A stretch of 64,000 bases of DNA from an uncultured cyanobacterium (GCA_963765575.1 CAVXWZ010000011.1:544001-608000); one strand, 5' to 3'. Positions 23,638-34,961 are shown, counted from the first letter of the stretch. The notes: generated by a model from the letters alone, not told the origin. Numbers and translations are program-made.

Positions 23638-25200
23638 GTGACCTGCGCGCAGCCTGACTTCCGCCCGCCGGCCGAGGGTGCTTCGGCAGCGAACCCTGGC
23701 GGTCCGTTGGATGTGCTGATCGTGGGTGGTGGGGTGTGCGGCACGGCGCTGCTGTTTGCGCTGGCCCGCTACACCGACCTGTCCCGCATCGCCCTGGTGG
23801 AGCGCTACGACCAGCTGGCGCGGGTCAACTCCAGGGCCACCAACAACAGCCAGACGATCCACTGCGGCGACATCGAGACCAACTACACGCTCGACAAGGC
23901 CCTGACGGTGAAGCGCACGGCCGAGATGATCGTGCACTACGCGGAGTTGCTGGAGCCTGCGGTGCGGGAGCGCTGCGTGTTCCGCACCCCGAAGATGGTG
24001 CTGGCGGTGGGCGAGGCCGAGTGCGCCTGCCTGCGCGAGCGCTTCGCCCGCTTCTCCCCGCACTTTCCCGCCATGGAGCTGCTGGACAAAGAGCAGATCG
24101 CCCAGTGGGAGCCCCATGTGGTGTTGGTGGATGGCCAGCCGCGCGCGGAGGAGCTGGCGGCCATCGGCATCCGCAGCACCTACACCGCCGTCGACTACGA
24201 GGAGCTCTCCAGATCGTTTGTGGACCAGGCCCGCGCGGCGATCGCAGCGGCTGCCGCCCCGGGCGTCAGCGCCGATGGCAGTCCCGGCCGCAGCCTCGAT
24301 GGCGTCCCCGATGGCGCTGGACGCGAGCTGGAGGTGCAGCTCGCCACCACGGTCGAGAGCATCACTCCGGAGGGTGAGCTGTTCCGGGTGCGACTGACGC
24401 CGACGCCCGGCCTGAACGCCGACGGAGCCAGGGGTGGCGCCGGCGACGCCGGCCGCGAGCTGCTCGCCCGCCATGTGGTGGTGAACGCCGGCGCCCACAG
24501 CCTGCTGATGGCCCAGCGGATGGGCTATGGCCTGGAGTATTCCTGCCTGCCTGTTGCCGGCAGTTTTTACTTCACGCCCGATCTGCTGCGCGGCAAGGTC
24601 TACACGTTGCAGAACGACAAGTTGCCCTTTGCCGCCATCCACGGCGACCCCGATGTGCGGGCCCCCGGCAAGACCCGCTTCGGCCCCACGGCCCTGCTGC
24701 TGCCTTTGCTGGAGCGCTACCGGCCCGCCTCGTTCTGGGAGTTTCTGCAGGTGCTGCGACTCGACTGGGCGGTGCTGGCCGTGCTCTGGCAGTTGCTGGG
24801 TGTGGCTGACATCCGCAACTACATCGTCAGGAATCTGCTGTTTGAGCTGCCCTGGCTGCGGCGGCGCTTGTTTCTGGCCGATGCCCGCAAGATCGTTCCC
24901 GGCATGCGCCTGGACGACCTGCGCTTCGCCGCCGGCTACGGCGGCGTGCGCCCCCAGCTGATCGACAAGACCAATCGCCGCCTGATGCTCGGGGAGGCGA
25001 GCATTCCAGCCCGTCCGGGGCTGGTGTTCAACGTCACCCCGTCCCCCGGGGGCACCTGCTGCCTGGGCAACGCCGCCCGTGACCTGGAGGCGATCAGTGC
25101 TCGGCTGGGATGTCGCTTCGATCAGGGACGCCTGGCCCGTGAGCTCTACGGCGAGGTCGGCAACCCCAGCGCTCAGGCCGTGGCGACGGCCGGCGGCTGA
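23638..25200 (+). CDS. mqo: FAD-dependent oxidoreductase, malate:quinone oxidoreductase-like
   Basis: GGGVCG FAD motif, NNSQTIHCGDIETNYT, LPFAAIHGDPD, GGVRPQ and TPSPGGT. Confidence 0.72.
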   Translation: MTCAQPDFRPPAEGASAANPGGPLDVLIVGGGVCGTALLFALARYTDLSRIALVERYDQLARVNSRATNNSQTIHCGDIETNYTLDKALTVKRTAEMIVHYAELLEPAVRERCVFRTPKMVLAVGEAECACLRERFARFSPHFPAMELLDKEQIAQWEPHVVLVDGQPRAEELAAIGIRSTYTAVDYEELSRSFVDQARAAIAAAAAPGVSADGSPGRSLDGVPDGAGRELEVQLATTVESITPEGELFRVRLTPTPGLNADGARGGAGDAGRELLARHVVVNAGAHSLLMAQRMGYGLEYSCLPVAGSFYFTPDLLRGKVYTLQNDKLPFAAIHGDPDVRAPGKTRFGPTALLLPLLERYRPASFWEFLQVLRLDWAVLAVLWQLLGVADIRNYIVRNLLFELPWLRRRLFLADARKIVPGMRLDDLRFAAGYGGVRPQLIDKTNRRLMLGEASIPARPGLVFNVTPSPGGTCCLGNAARDLEAISARLGCRFDQGRLARELYGEVGNPSAQAVATAGG

Positions 25201-26000
25201 GCGCTGGGCCTGTCGTCTTCGGGGGCCCCACCCCGGAAGAGATGGCGGTGGTCGGCGTTGTAAAGCCGGGAGCGGGCCTGCTGTGGCGCTGCCAGGGCCG
25301 GACTCACCACGTAGAGGGTGGTGCGGATCAGCTGCTGCTCCTGGCTCACCTTGGCCATGTCCGCAAGGGGCACCACGGTGATCCGCTGGTCGGGCCAGCT
25401 CACCCGGTAGGCGATCGCCACCGGTGTGTCGGCGGGGTAGTGGCGCAGCAATTCAGCCTGCACCTCATGCACATGGCGGGCGCTGAGGTACAGGCAGAGG
25501 GAGGCCTGCAGGGACGCCAGCCGGGCCAGGGATTCCCGTTCGGGCACACCCGTGCGGCCCGAGGCCCTGCTGAGCACAATGGTCTGCACCAGTCCCGGAA
25601 TCGTCAGTTCCTGCCCCAGGGCCGCCGCGGTGGCCTGGTAGGCGCTGAGGCCCGGCACCACCTCCACCTCCAGGCCGGCATCGGCAAGCCGGCACATCTG
25701 CTCGGCCAGGGCGCCGTAGAGGCAGGGGTCGCCATCGTGCAGCCGCACCACCCGCCGGCCCGCCCGGGCCCTCTGCACCACCTGCTCGAGCACCTGCTCC
25801 AGGGTGAGGGTGCTGGTGCGGATGCGCTCGCACTGGGCCGGTGCCAGCGCGGCGATCTGGGGATTGACGAGCGAATCGGTCCACACCAGCACCTCCGCCC
25901 GCTCGATCAGCCGGGCCGCCCGCAGGGTGAGCAGGTCGGGGGCGCCAGGGCCGGCGCCAACGATCCAGATCGGCTGACGCTGGGCTGCTGGGGCGCTCAC
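25173..26000 (-). CDS. cobM: Precorrin-4 C11-methyltransferase
   Basis: [34 protein letters not shown] and YRVSWPD. Confidence 0.95.
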   Translation of the reverse strand: MSAPAAQRQPIWIVGAGPGAPDLLTLRAARLIERAEVLVWTDSLVNPQIAALAPAQCERIRTSTLTLEQVLEQVVQRARAGRRVVRLHDGDPCLYGALAEQMCRLADAGLEVEVVPGLSAYQATAAALGQELTIPGLVQTIVLSRASGRTGVPERESLARLASLQASLCLYLSARHVHEVQAELLRHYPADTPVAIAYRVSWPDQRITVVPLADMAKVSQEQQLIRTTLYVVSPALAAPQQARSRLYNADHRHLFRGGAPEDDRPSAQPPAVATA

Positions 26001-26866
26001 GGTGTGGCTCCCGAGCCCACCCCGGAGGGATCAGGCAGGTTGCGGCCGCGGCCCAGCAGCCACCACAGCCCAAGCGCGCCAAGGGCGATCAGCACCAGGC
26101 TCATCAGCTGGGCCATGCGCAGGCCCCCCTCGCAGAAGGGTGGTTCAGCAAACAGGCAGAGGGGATCGATGCGCAGGCCCTCGATCCACACCCTGCCGCT
26201 GCTGTAGGCCATCAGATACACGCAGCTGAGGGCTCCGGCCGGCAGCTGAATCCGGCCCCGGCTCGCCTGCCGGAAGAGCAGCAGCAGCAGCACGGCAACG
26301 CCGACGTTCCAGAGCGATTCGTAGAGAAAGGTGGGGTGGAAATAGAGCTGCTCGAGGAATTCCGGCGTGCGGTTGGCGGCGGGGATCTTCAGCTTCCAGG
26401 GCAGCTGGGTGGGCAGGCCGTAGGCCTCGGAGTTGAAGAAATTTCCCCAGCGACCGATCGCCTGTCCGAGGGCCACCGACGGCACCAGCACGTCAAGCAG
26501 GGGCCAGAAGGGCTGGCGGCGCCAGCGGCAGAAGAGGATCGCCGTGAGCGCGCCACCGATCAGGGCGCCGTGGATGGCGATGCCGCCGCGCCAGATCGAG
26601 AGCACATCCACCCAGTTGGAGGAGTACTGGCGCCATTCCAGAACCACGTAGTAAAGGCGGGCGCCCAGGACGGCGCCGAGCACGAGCAGGGGCAGCAGAT
26701 CGGCGATCAGGGCTGGATCGATTCCCCGGGCCCGGGCCAGTCGGCTGGAGAGCAACAGCCCCACCAGCACCGCCAGGGCGATCAGCAGCCCATACCAGCG
26801 CAGGGCAAAGGGGCCCCACTGAAACACCAGGGGCCCTGGAGAGGTGAAGACGGAGAGGACGGACAA
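25997..26866 (-). CDS. lgt: Prolipoprotein diacylglyceryl transferase
   Basis: [28 protein letters not shown] and HPTFLYES. Confidence 0.96.
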   Translation of the reverse strand: MSVLSVFTSPGPLVFQWGPFALRWYGLLIALAVLVGLLLSSRLARARGIDPALIADLLPLLVLGAVLGARLYYVVLEWRQYSSNWVDVLSIWRGGIAIHGALIGGALTAILFCRWRRQPFWPLLDVLVPSVALGQAIGRWGNFFNSEAYGLPTQLPWKLKIPAANRTPEFLEQLYFHPTFLYESLWNVGVAVLLLLLFRQASRGRIQLPAGALSCVYLMAYSSGRVWIEGLRIDPLCLFAEPPFCEGGLRMAQLMSLVLIALGALGLWWLLGRGRNLPDPSGVGSGATP

Positions 26867-26879
26867 GGGGGAAGGACGC

Positions 26880-27836
26880 TCAGACGATGCCTTCGGCGGC
26901 CTGAACCTTCTCCACCTGGCGCTTCTTCAGCACCAGCAGGATCTGGGCGACAGCGATGGCGCCGAAGAAGGCCAGCAGGCCAAGGATGCGCTGGGGGTTC
27001 TGCAACACGACCTCGGCATCGAGCTGACCAAAGCCGCCCACGTTGGGGTCGCTGGTCAGGGGAGCGCCAGCGGCGACCGGATCACCAATGGCGACCGCCA
27101 GAGCCGGACCGGCTGGGATGGTCTCACTGACGCTGCTGCCGTCAGCGGTGCTGATCTCCACCACACTGGCGCCGTTGTCGCCGGCGCTGATGGCGGCGAT
27201 GGTACCGGCGGCTGGGGCCGTGAAGACGGCGTTGTTGCTCTTCTCGCCGGTGGGATACACCTGGCCCCGGCCGCGGTTGCCGCCCACATGCAGCTGGTAC
27301 TTGCCGAAGTGGATGCTGCTGTCGGTGGCGGGATCGGGAGAGAGCACCGGGAAGACGATCTCGCGGTGGTCATCTCCGGGCAGGGGACCCACCAGCAGGA
27401 TGTTGGGCTGATCGTCGGAATATTGGCTGTAGTAGACGCCGGCCGTCTCCTCCTTGAGCTCGTCGCTGAGGCGATCCTGGGGCGCCAGTGTGAAACCGTC
27501 GGGGAGCATCACCACCGCCCCCACGTTCAGGCCGGTGCTGCTGCCGTCCCCGGCCACCTGCTGCACCGAGGTGTCATAGGGGATCTCCACCACGGCCTTG
27601 AACACGGTGTCAGGGAAGACCGCCTGGGGCACCTCCACGCGGGTGGGCATCTTGGCCAGGTGACAGTTGGCGCAGACGAGCTTGCCGGTGGCTTCGCGCG
27701 GCGAGTCGTAGTTCTGCTGGGCCCAGAAGGGGTAGGCCCAGCTGGGGGCCGCGGCTGAGACCAGCAGCGCCAGGGCCAGGGTGGCGCCCAGCAGGGACCG
27801 CAGCAGCGAGGCAAGGGATGGAACGGTGGGGCGCAT
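26880..27836 (-). CDS. petA: Apocytochrome f
   Basis: [22 protein letters not shown] and PNVGGFGQ. Confidence 0.98.
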   Translation of the reverse strand: MRPTVPSLASLLRSLLGATLALALLVSAAAPSWAYPFWAQQNYDSPREATGKLVCANCHLAKMPTRVEVPQAVFPDTVFKAVVEIPYDTSVQQVAGDGSSTGLNVGAVVMLPDGFTLAPQDRLSDELKEETAGVYYSQYSDDQPNILLVGPLPGDDHREIVFPVLSPDPATDSSIHFGKYQLHVGGNRGRGQVYPTGEKSNNAVFTAPAAGTIAAISAGDNGASVVEISTADGSSVSETIPAGPALAVAIGDPVAAGAPLTSDPNVGGFGQLDAEVVLQNPQRILGLLAFFGAIAVAQILLVLKKRQVEKVQAAEGIV

Positions 27837-27880
27837 CGGGGAGTGGGGACGACAGGGCAGGACGGATCAGGGAGCCGGGA

Positions 27881-28429
27881 TCAGGCCCACCAGGGCTTGT
27901 CGCCGGAGCGGAAATCGGTTTCGGTCCACTGGCTGAGAAACACCTTGTCGTCGTCGACCGACACATGGGCCAGGGCCAGGGAGAGGGGCGCCGGACCGCG
28001 CACCACCTTGCCCGTGGCGTCGTATTGGGAGCCGTGACAGGGGCAGATGAACTTGTTGGCGCCGCTGTTCCAGGGCACCACACAGCCCAGGTGGGTGCAG
28101 ATGGCATTGATGCCGTAACTGCCGATGGCTTCGTCACCTTCGACGAGCAGGTAGGTGGGGTCCCCCTTGAGACCCTGCACCAGGCTGCGATCGCCCTCCT
28201 TGTGGCTGCTCACCCAGCCGCTGGCGGTGACAGGATTCCCCAGCTCGTCCTTGGCGGAGGTGCCGCCGCCGGAGCCGCCGACGCGGGGCGGGATGAAATA
28301 GCGCGCAACTGGGTAGAGAGCACCGAGGGCAACACCCGTGACGGACCCGAAGGTCAGCAGATTCATGAACTGCCTCCGGCCCATTCCGGGCACTTCACTG
28401 CCTGAGGCGCTCGCTGGAATCTGGGTCAT
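27881..28429 (-). CDS. petC: Cytochrome b6f Rieske iron-sulfur subunit
   Basis: RRQFMN Tat signal, CTHLGCV, CPCHGS and GPAP. Confidence 0.98.
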   Translation of the reverse strand: MTQIPASASGSEVPGMGRRQFMNLLTFGSVTGVALGALYPVARYFIPPRVGGSGGGTSAKDELGNPVTASGWVSSHKEGDRSLVQGLKGDPTYLLVEGDEAIGSYGINAICTHLGCVVPWNSGANKFICPCHGSQYDATGKVVRGPAPLSLALAHVSVDDDKVFLSQWTETDFRSGDKPWWA

Positions 28430-28458
28430 GCGGAGCTGCTCCTTGGAGCCACAGCAAC

Positions 28459-28854
28459 GTGCGTGCCACCTTAAGGCCTGCCCCACCCCTGCCCGTGTCC
28501 GCCGATCGCCGGGACGACCAGCCCCCCGCTGCCGCCACTCCGCTCAGCGGCAGCGAGCTGATTGCGGTGCTGCGCTGCCGCTGGCAGGCGTCCTACGACC
28601 TGCAGGTGGTTCAGCGACGCGGGCGTCTGTACCTGCAGGTGATGTGGGCCTACCTGGAACAGCAGTCGTTCCCGCTCAGCCCCGAGGCCTATGCGGGTCG
28701 GCTGGAGGAGGTGGCCGCCCGTCTCAACGGCATGGGGGTGGCCGTTCAGGTGCGCCGCTGGCTGCTCACCACCAGCGGCAGGCCGCGACTGGGCCGCGCC
28801 CTGACCTTGGCTCTGGATCTGCCCTCCGGGCGTGCGGCGGAATTTCTGCTGTAG
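28459..28854 (+). CDS. DUF3067 family protein
   Basis: SYDLQ...[17 protein letters not shown] and RPRLGRA; divergent from petC. Confidence 0.85.
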   Translation: MRATLRPAPPLPVSADRRDDQPPAAATPLSGSELIAVLRCRWQASYDLQVVQRRGRLYLQVMWAYLEQQSFPLSPEAYAGRLEEVAARLNGMGVAVQVRRWLLTTSGRPRLGRALTLALDLPSGRAAEFLL

Positions 28855-28973
28855 GGCCCCAGGGGGTGCGTTCCGCGCAATCAGGTGTTAGCAAGCGCTC
28901 CGGGGCGTGTTCCCCAGCCCGGGCCGCGAGCCGGACCGGTGTCCTAGCCAACCCTTCAGCCCCCGCCTGACCG

Positions 28974-29852
28974 ATGACGAGCCCCACGTCCGTGCCCAGG
29001 CACTGCCTTGCCGCTCGGCTCGGATCATCCATGGGTGCCCTGGTGGCCCTCTCGCTGGTGCTGGCCATGCCCGCAGAGGCGGCCCGCTTTGAGGCCATCT
29101 GCGGCGACGAGCGCTGCACGATCGAGCTCACTGAGAGCGGCTTTCTGGGCCCCGCTGGCCTGATTCCTCCCGACCAGATCGTTCAGTGGAATGCATTGGG
29201 CTGGAAAAATCACAACGCATTGGTTTCGTCCCTGGGGGCGACCGGAGGCGCCGTGACCGGGACCGTTGTCGGGGCTCTGGCCACCTGCTGGACCCTGATC
29301 GCCTGCCCGATCGGGATCCTGGCCGGCGCCGTGGTGGGCGGCGTGGCCGGCTCGCGGGCGGGCAAGACGGCCGACTACCAGTTTTCGGTGGAGGGGTATG
29401 ACGCCAGCGGCACGAAGCTCACGGAGAATTTCCGCTTCATCAACGCCAAGCCCGTGCCGGGGCTGGTGGAGCAGCTCACGGCGATCTCGGGTCTGGAGAT
29501 GGGCGTGCAGCGGCAGGTGGCCATCGCCGAGCCCCAGCGCCGGCCCCAGCCCCGCCCCAGCCGACCCACGCTGACCCCTCCAGTGCCGCTGACCCCTCCA
29601 GTGCCGATGCCCCCACGTCAGCCAGTGGCGGCACCGCCCGCGCACGCTCCACTGCCCGATTCAGCCACAGGAGCAAGCCCGCTGCCGATGGCAGCCCCAC
29701 CGGTGGCACCGCCGTGGGGCGAGCCTGCAGCGCCGGTGGCAGGGCCTGACGCCCCCCTGGCGATTGAAGGGACCGAGGCCACACCCAAGGCTGAAATGCC
29801 GCTGCTCGATGACGCCATCGATCCCTATCAGGGCACGCTGCTGCTCCCCTGA
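28974..29852 (+). CDS. Hypothetical exported protein with glycine-zipper segment and Pro-rich tail
   Basis: Signal-like segment ending AEA, GxxxG-rich hydrophobic hairpin, and LTPPVP repeated twice (18-bp duplication 29571-29606). Confidence 0.7.
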   Translation: MTSPTSVPRHCLAARLGSSMGALVALSLVLAMPAEAARFEAICGDERCTIELTESGFLGPAGLIPPDQIVQWNALGWKNHNALVSSLGATGGAVTGTVVGALATCWTLIACPIGILAGAVVGGVAGSRAGKTADYQFSVEGYDASGTKLTENFRFINAKPVPGLVEQLTAISGLEMGVQRQVAIAEPQRRPQPRPSRPTLTPPVPLTPPVPMPPRQPVAAPPAHAPLPDSATGASPLPMAAPPVAPPWGEPAAPVAGPDAPLAIEGTEATPKAEMPLLDDAIDPYQGTLLLP

Positions 29853-30721
29853 GGTGAGGGTTGCAGCCGTTCCACCACGGCCACCAGGGCCACGCCGATC
29901 AGGAACAGGCCGCTGATGGCAGCACTCAGCAGGAGCATGGTCACGGGGTCGGTGGAGGGGGTGAGCACCGCCCCGGAAATGGCCGAGATCAGCACCACCC
30001 AGCGCCAGCTGGAGAGCATCGTGCGAGCGCGGATCAGCTTCAGTGCGCCAAGGATCAGCTGCAGCACCGGCAGCTGGAAGGCCAGTGCCGTGGCCACCAT
30101 CAGCAGCAGCACGAAGTCGAGGTAGCGCTCGATCGACCAGCTCGGCTCCACCACGTCGGCGCCGTAGCTCACCAGGAAGCGCAGGGCGGCGGGCACCAGG
30201 GCCCACCAGGCGAAGGCCAGGCCGGCGGCGAACAGCAGCGCTGAGCCGGCGACTGCAGGGGCCACCAGCCGGCGTTCCCGCCGGCTCAGCCCGGGCAGCA
30301 CGAAGGCCAGGATCTCGTAGAGCACCCACGGCAGGGCGAGGGTGAGACCGCTGTAACCGGCCACTTTCAGGGACACGAACAGAAACTCACCCGGGGCCAG
30401 CTGCAGGAAGCGGATGCCGTCGGCGGGCATCTCCAGCAGCCGCACCAGGGGCTTGACCACCACCAGGCAGCCCGCCGCCGCCACCACCACGGCCAGCAGG
30501 CTGCGCAGCACCCGGCGTCGCAGTTCCTCCAGGTGGTCCACCAGGCTCATCTCCACCTCGCCCGGAAAGTCGTCGCCGCTGGCCTTGGCCGTGGTGGCGG
30601 CGCCCGCCACCCGGATCGCCGGCGGTGGCGGCAGGGCCGTCGGTGCAGCCGCCTCGCGGGAGGCCTTGGTGCCGCCCGGAGTGCCGGCCTGGTCGGTGGC
30701 GTCGGAAGGGGAGCTGGTCAT
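29828..30721 (-). CDS. tatC: Twin-arginine translocase subunit TatC
   Basis: MSLVDHLEELRRR, FVLPGL, FQLPV and TPSTDP. Confidence 0.96.
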   Translation of the reverse strand: MTSSPSDATDQAGTPGGTKASREAAAPTALPPPPAIRVAGAATTAKASGDDFPGEVEMSLVDHLEELRRRVLRSLLAVVVAAAGCLVVVKPLVRLLEMPADGIRFLQLAPGEFLFVSLKVAGYSGLTLALPWVLYEILAFVLPGLSRRERRLVAPAVAGSALLFAAGLAFAWWALVPAALRFLVSYGADVVEPSWSIERYLDFVLLLMVATALAFQLPVLQLILGALKLIRARTMLSSWRWVVLISAISGAVLTPSTDPVTMLLLSAAISGLFLIGVALVAVVERLQPSPQGSSSVP

Positions 30722-32417
30722 GGCTGCCGGGGTTGGAGCAGGCTAAGGGCGCGCTGTGGTTCGCCCCAGAGCACCTCTCCGCCACGGTGGCGCACCGTGC
30801 CGGGCGCGGCGCCGGGGATGCGCTGCAACTCCTCCACAGGCACCATCACCACCGGCACCCGCCCATTGCCCCGGCCCCGGCTGAAATGGGCGGCCAGGTC
30901 GGCGGCGCACTGCAGGTCGTGATCGCCCGCCGGGGCCTCGGAACTCTTGAGCACCACGTGGCTGCCGGGCAGTTCCTGGGCATGGAACCAGAGGTCCCCC
31001 CGACGGGCCTGGCGGAAGACGATCCACTCGTTCTGGCGGTGGTTGCGGCCCACCTGCAGCGTCAGCCCCCCCGGGCTGATCAGCTCCAGGGGTTGGGGCT
31101 GCCCCTCCCGCCCCTGGCCAGCGCCCCGCCGCGACGGCCTGCCCCGGCGGCCGCCGGGGTGCTGGTGCTCCTCCAGATCCCGGCCCAGGCCCCGCAGCGC
31201 CTCAAGATCATCCGCCTGCTCCAGGTAGGTGAGGCTGGCCTCCAGCCAGGCCAGGCGCTGCCCGTGCCAGCCCAGTCGCTCCTCGATGGCGGCCACGGAG
31301 CGCCGCCGCCTGCGGGCCTGGCGGTAGAGCTTCTGGGCGGTGTCGATGCAGCTGCGGCTGGGCTGGAACTGGCTCAGCAGGGCATCGGCCTGCAGCTGCA
31401 GGGCCTCGCTCTCCGGCACGGCATCGAGCAGGGCCTGCTGGCTGCCGGCCTGCTGCTGCTCGCGCCGCAGCAGCCGCTCCAGCTGCTGCTGCAGCTGCCG
31501 GCGCTGCTGGCTCAGGCTCTGCCGGCCAGGGCGCTGGGCATAGAAGTTGGCCAGGCCCCGGTTGATCGGCATCGCCATCGCCGCGGCGGGCGGCTCATTC
31601 GCCGCACGGTGGCGCCGGCGCTCCAGCAGCGGTAAGCCCTCAGCGTCGCCCTGCCAGCAGAAGCGCTCGGCCTCCACCGCCTCCAGCCAGGCCTGCCACT
31701 GCTGCCAGAGGAGGTCCCACTGGTGGGGCTGCAGCTCCGTCACTGGCTGCTGCAGCCAGTCCTGCGGTGCCAGCTGGCGGGCCAGGGCCGGGCTGATGCC
31801 CTGGTAGGCGCTGCGCAGGGCCCGCTCCAGGGGCAGCGGCAGCAGCACTACCCGCTGTCGCCAGCACTCGAAGCTCTCGCCGCGGCTGGGCGGGGCCCCG
31901 TCGAGGGGTGGTGGCGGCTGGTAGGAATCGCCGGTGCCGATCGGCCGCAACCGCGACTGGGCCGTCCGCACCTGGCGGCCCAGCGCCACCACCTGGCGGC
32001 GCTCGCCATCGGGCTCGAGCAGCAGCAGGTTGCTGTGCCGCCCCATCAGCTCCGCCACCAGCCAGCGCTGCGGTGGCTCGCCAGGGCGGCGGGCGAAGCC
32101 GAGCTCCAGCACCCGCTCCCAGCCGGCTTGCTGCAGGCTCACCAGGGCCAGCCCACCGAGCCCGTGCTGGAGCTGCTGGGCCAGGGTGCTGCCCTCACCC
32201 TGGCGCGGGGCGGTGGCGCGATGGCGTGCACCCGGGCCGCCTCGGCCTGCCAGCTCAGCTCCAGCCACTGCATCCCCTGCAGGTGGCGCAGCCCCAGCTG
32301 GATGGTGCCCGGGCCGGCCTGCTGGGCTTTTTCCAGGCGGCTGGGCAGCAGCAGGCGCCGCCATTCGGCCAGCACCGCCTTGAGGCTGGTCACATCCAGG
32401 GACTGGAGGCTCGCCAT
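30718..32417 (-). pseudogene. rqcH: NFACT/RqcH (FbpA-like) ribosome quality-control protein, split by a frameshift near 32207-32210 (possible sequencing error)
   Basis: N-terminus [15 protein letters not shown] in one frame. [17 protein letters not shown] and DLWFHAQELPGSHV are in another frame. The switch falls at a 4-nt homopolymer. Confidence 0.8.
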
Positions 32418-32478
32418 GGCTGCGCTCGAGCCCTGCCGCGCGTGCTTCTACTCTGCAGCCCTGCCGCGTGCATTCCCC

Positions 32479-33033
32479 ATGGCCCGACTCACCGTGATCA
32501 CCGGTCCGAGCGGGGTGGGCAAGGGCACGCTGGTGGCCGAGCTGTTGCGGCGCCATCCCGAACTCTGGCTGTCGGTGTCGGCCACCACCAGGCCCCCCAG
32601 GCCCGGCGAACAGGAGGGCAGCAGCTACTTCTTCCTCAGCCGCGAGCGCTTCGAGCAGCTGGTGCAGGAGGGGGGATTGCTGGAGTGGGCCGAGTTTGCC
32701 GGCAACCGCTACGGAACGCCGCGGCGGCCGGTGGAGGAGCATCTGGAGGCAGGCTGCTCCGTGCTCCTGGAGATTGAACTGGAGGGGGCCCGCCAGCTGC
32801 GGCAGACCTTCCCGACCGGCTACCAGCTGTTCATCAAGCCCCCCTCTCTGGAGGAGCTGGAGCGCCGCATCCGTGGGCGGGGCACCGACAGCGAGGAGGC
32901 GATCCGCCGCCGGCTGCAGCGGGCCACGGTGGAACTGGCCGCTGAGGAGGAGTTCGATGCGGTGCTGGTCAACGGCGATCTTGAAGCGGCCGTGGCTGAG
33001 CTGGAAGCGGCCCTTGGCCTGGCCCCCGGCTGA
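32479..33033 (+). CDS. gmk: Guanylate kinase
   Basis: [34 protein letters not shown] and RGTD. Confidence 0.97.
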   Translation: MARLTVITGPSGVGKGTLVAELLRRHPELWLSVSATTRPPRPGEQEGSSYFFLSRERFEQLVQEGGLLEWAEFAGNRYGTPRRPVEEHLEAGCSVLLEIELEGARQLRQTFPTGYQLFIKPPSLEELERRIRGRGTDSEEAIRRRLQRATVELAAEEEFDAVLVNGDLEAAVAELEAALGLAPG

Positions 33034-33084
33034 TGGCCTGGCCGCAGGCTGAATTGGCCTGCCGAGCCCACACCAGCCGCCATC

Positions 33085-33108
33085 AAAAAGCGGCCCCGGG
33101 GGGCCGCT
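33085..33108 (-). terminator. Intrinsic terminator downstream of psaFJ
   Basis: GC hairpin (GCGGCCC...GGGCCGC) followed by TTTTT on the minus strand. Confidence 0.75.
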
Positions 33109-33170
33109 GATCGGATCTGAATGGCAACAGGAATCCCGCGGAAAACGGGGACTGAAGGTGAACCGTGCGC

Positions 33171-33287
33171 TCAGAGCGGGCGCAGGATCAGGTCGGGGAA
33201 GAAGCGGAAAATTTCGATGGTGATGCCGGCCGTGAGGGTGAACCAGACGGCGGCCACGACGGGGGCGGTGGTGAGGAATTTGTTCAT
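33171..33287 (-). CDS. psaJ: Photosystem I subunit IX (not in the ORF track; 38 aa, divergent C-terminus)
   Basis: Manual translation [38 protein letters not shown], immediately downstream of psaF. Confidence 0.93.
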   Translation of the reverse strand: MNKFLTTAPVVAAVWFTLTAGITIEIFRFFPDLILRPL

Positions 33288-33298
33288 GGTTCCAGAAA

Positions 33299-33796
33299 TC
33301 AGCGGGGGGAAATGGTCACTTTGGAGTCGGCTTCAACCATTTTTCCGCTGACGAACTCCTGGAAGGCGGCCAGGGGCCAGACGGCAGCCGAGAGGGTGGA
33401 TTTAAACGCCAGCGGCAGATCGATCTGGATTTCCCGCATGGTGGCGCCCTTGCTTTCGCGGATGGCCATCAGGTAGGCGCGGCCGGCCCAGCCGATCGTG
33501 CCAGCGATGTAGAGAAAGAGGAGGCCCGGGATCAGGAAATCACCGGCATGGCTGAAGCGGCCGTCCACGATCAGGCGGGGCAGGCCGTCATCGCCGCAGA
33601 GCGACTGGCTGTACAGGTTGAACCGCGCCTTGGCCTGGTCGGTCTTGGCGGCCGAGGCCCGCTGCTGGAAGCGGGGGCTTTCGGCACAGGGGGTCAGGCC
33701 GGCCACCGAGGCCTCGGCACTGGCTACAGGCGCAAAGCCGACCATCAGGAAGGCCGAGAGCAGTACCGCGCACAGGCGGTGGAGAAGACGTCGCAT
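33299..33796 (-). CDS. psaF: Photosystem I subunit III
   Basis: [19 protein letters not shown] and [14 protein letters not shown]. Confidence 0.97.
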   Translation of the reverse strand: MRRLLHRLCAVLLSAFLMVGFAPVASAEASVAGLTPCAESPRFQQRASAAKTDQAKARFNLYSQSLCGDDGLPRLIVDGRFSHAGDFLIPGLLFLYIAGTIGWAGRAYLMAIRESKGATMREIQIDLPLAFKSTLSAAVWPLAAFQEFVSGKMVEADSKVTISPR

Positions 33797-33905
33797 GGAG
33801 AGCCTGGGTAGAAGCCGGAGGAGAGTGCCCTGCGGAGCCCTGGATCGGCGTGGGGCCGCGGGGCAGTATGTAACTCGCGGACAGTAAGGGAGCCTCCTGG
33901 GCGCC

Positions 33906-34961
33906 ATGCCAACGGTTCTGGCCCTCGAAACAAGTTGTGACGAGTCGGCGGCTGCGATTGTGCGCGATCGCGCGGTGCTGGCCAGCGCGGTGGCCTCCCA
34001 GGTGGAGGAGCATGCCCGCTGGGGTGGCGTGGTGCCCGAGATTGCCTCGCGCCGCCATGTGGAGGCCCTCCCCGCCCTGATCGATCGGGTCTGTGGTCAG
34101 GCCGGTGTGCAGCCATCGGCCGTGGATGCCATCGCAGCCACGGCCACCCCCGGGCTGCTGGGGGCCCTGCTGGTGGCCTCGCTCACCGGCCGCACCCTGG
34201 CCCGGCTCCATGGCAAGCCCTTTCTGGGCATCCATCACCTGGAAGGTCACCTCTGCTCGGTGCAGCTCGGAGACCCCTTGCCCCCGGGGCCCTACCTGGT
34301 GCTGTTGGTGAGCGGCGGCCACACCGAGTTGATTCAGGTGGATGGCCCCGGGCTCTACAGGCGGCTGGGGCGCAGCCACGACGACGCGGCTGGCGAGGCC
34401 TTCGACAAGGTGGCCCGCCTGCTGGAGCTGGGCTATCCGGGCGGGCCTGCCATCCAGGCGGTCTCCGCTGCCGGTGATCCCCATCGCTTTCAGCTGCCCA
34501 AGGGGCGGGTGTCGCGGCCAGAGGGCGGCTACTACCCCCACGACTTCAGCTTCAGCGGCCTCAAGACAGCAATGCTGCGGTTGGTGCGGGGGCTGCAGCA
34601 GGCTGGCGAACCGCTGCCGGTGGCCGATCTGGCGGCCAGCTTCGAGCAGGTGGTGGCGGAGGTGCTCGTGGAGCGCAGCTGTCGCTGTGCCCGTGATCTG
34701 GGCCTCGACACGCTTGTGCTCGTGGGCGGAGTGGCCGCCAACCGGCGACTGCGGGCCCTGCTGCAGGAGCGGGCCAGTCGCGATGGCCTGCAGTGGCGGG
34801 TGGCACCGATGGCCTACTGCACCGACAACGCGGCGATGATCGGGGTGGCCGCCTGTCAGCGCCTGGAGCTGGGCCAGAGCAGCCCGGGCAACCTCGGCGT
34901 GGCGCCCCGCTGGCCGCTGGAGCAGGCGGCCCGGCTGTATGAGCCTCAGGCCTGCTTCTGA
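33906..34961 (+). CDS. tsaD: tRNA N6-adenosine threonylcarbamoyltransferase
   Basis: [38 protein letters not shown] and CTDNAAMI. Confidence 0.97.
   Translation: MPTVLALETSCDESAAAIVRDRAVLASAVASQVEEHARWGGVVPEIASRRHVEALPALIDRVCGQAGVQPSAVDAIAATATPGLLGALLVASLTGRTLARLHGKPFLGIHHLEGHLCSVQLGDPLPPGPYLVLLVSGGHTELIQVDGPGLYRRLGRSHDDAAGEAFDKVARLLELGYPGGPAIQAVSAAGDPHRFQLPKGRVSRPEGGYYPHDFSFSGLKTAMLRLVRGLQQAGEPLPVADLAASFEQVVAEVLVERSCRCARDLGLDTLVLVGGVAANRRLRALLQERASRDGLQWRVAPMAYCTDNAAMIGVAACQRLELGQSSPGNLGVAPRWPLEQAARLYEPQACF

Noticed and set aside
33867..33874. RpaB HLR1 site upstream of psaF (GTTACATA on the minus strand)
   Set aside because: Only one half-site; no second repeat at the expected spacing.
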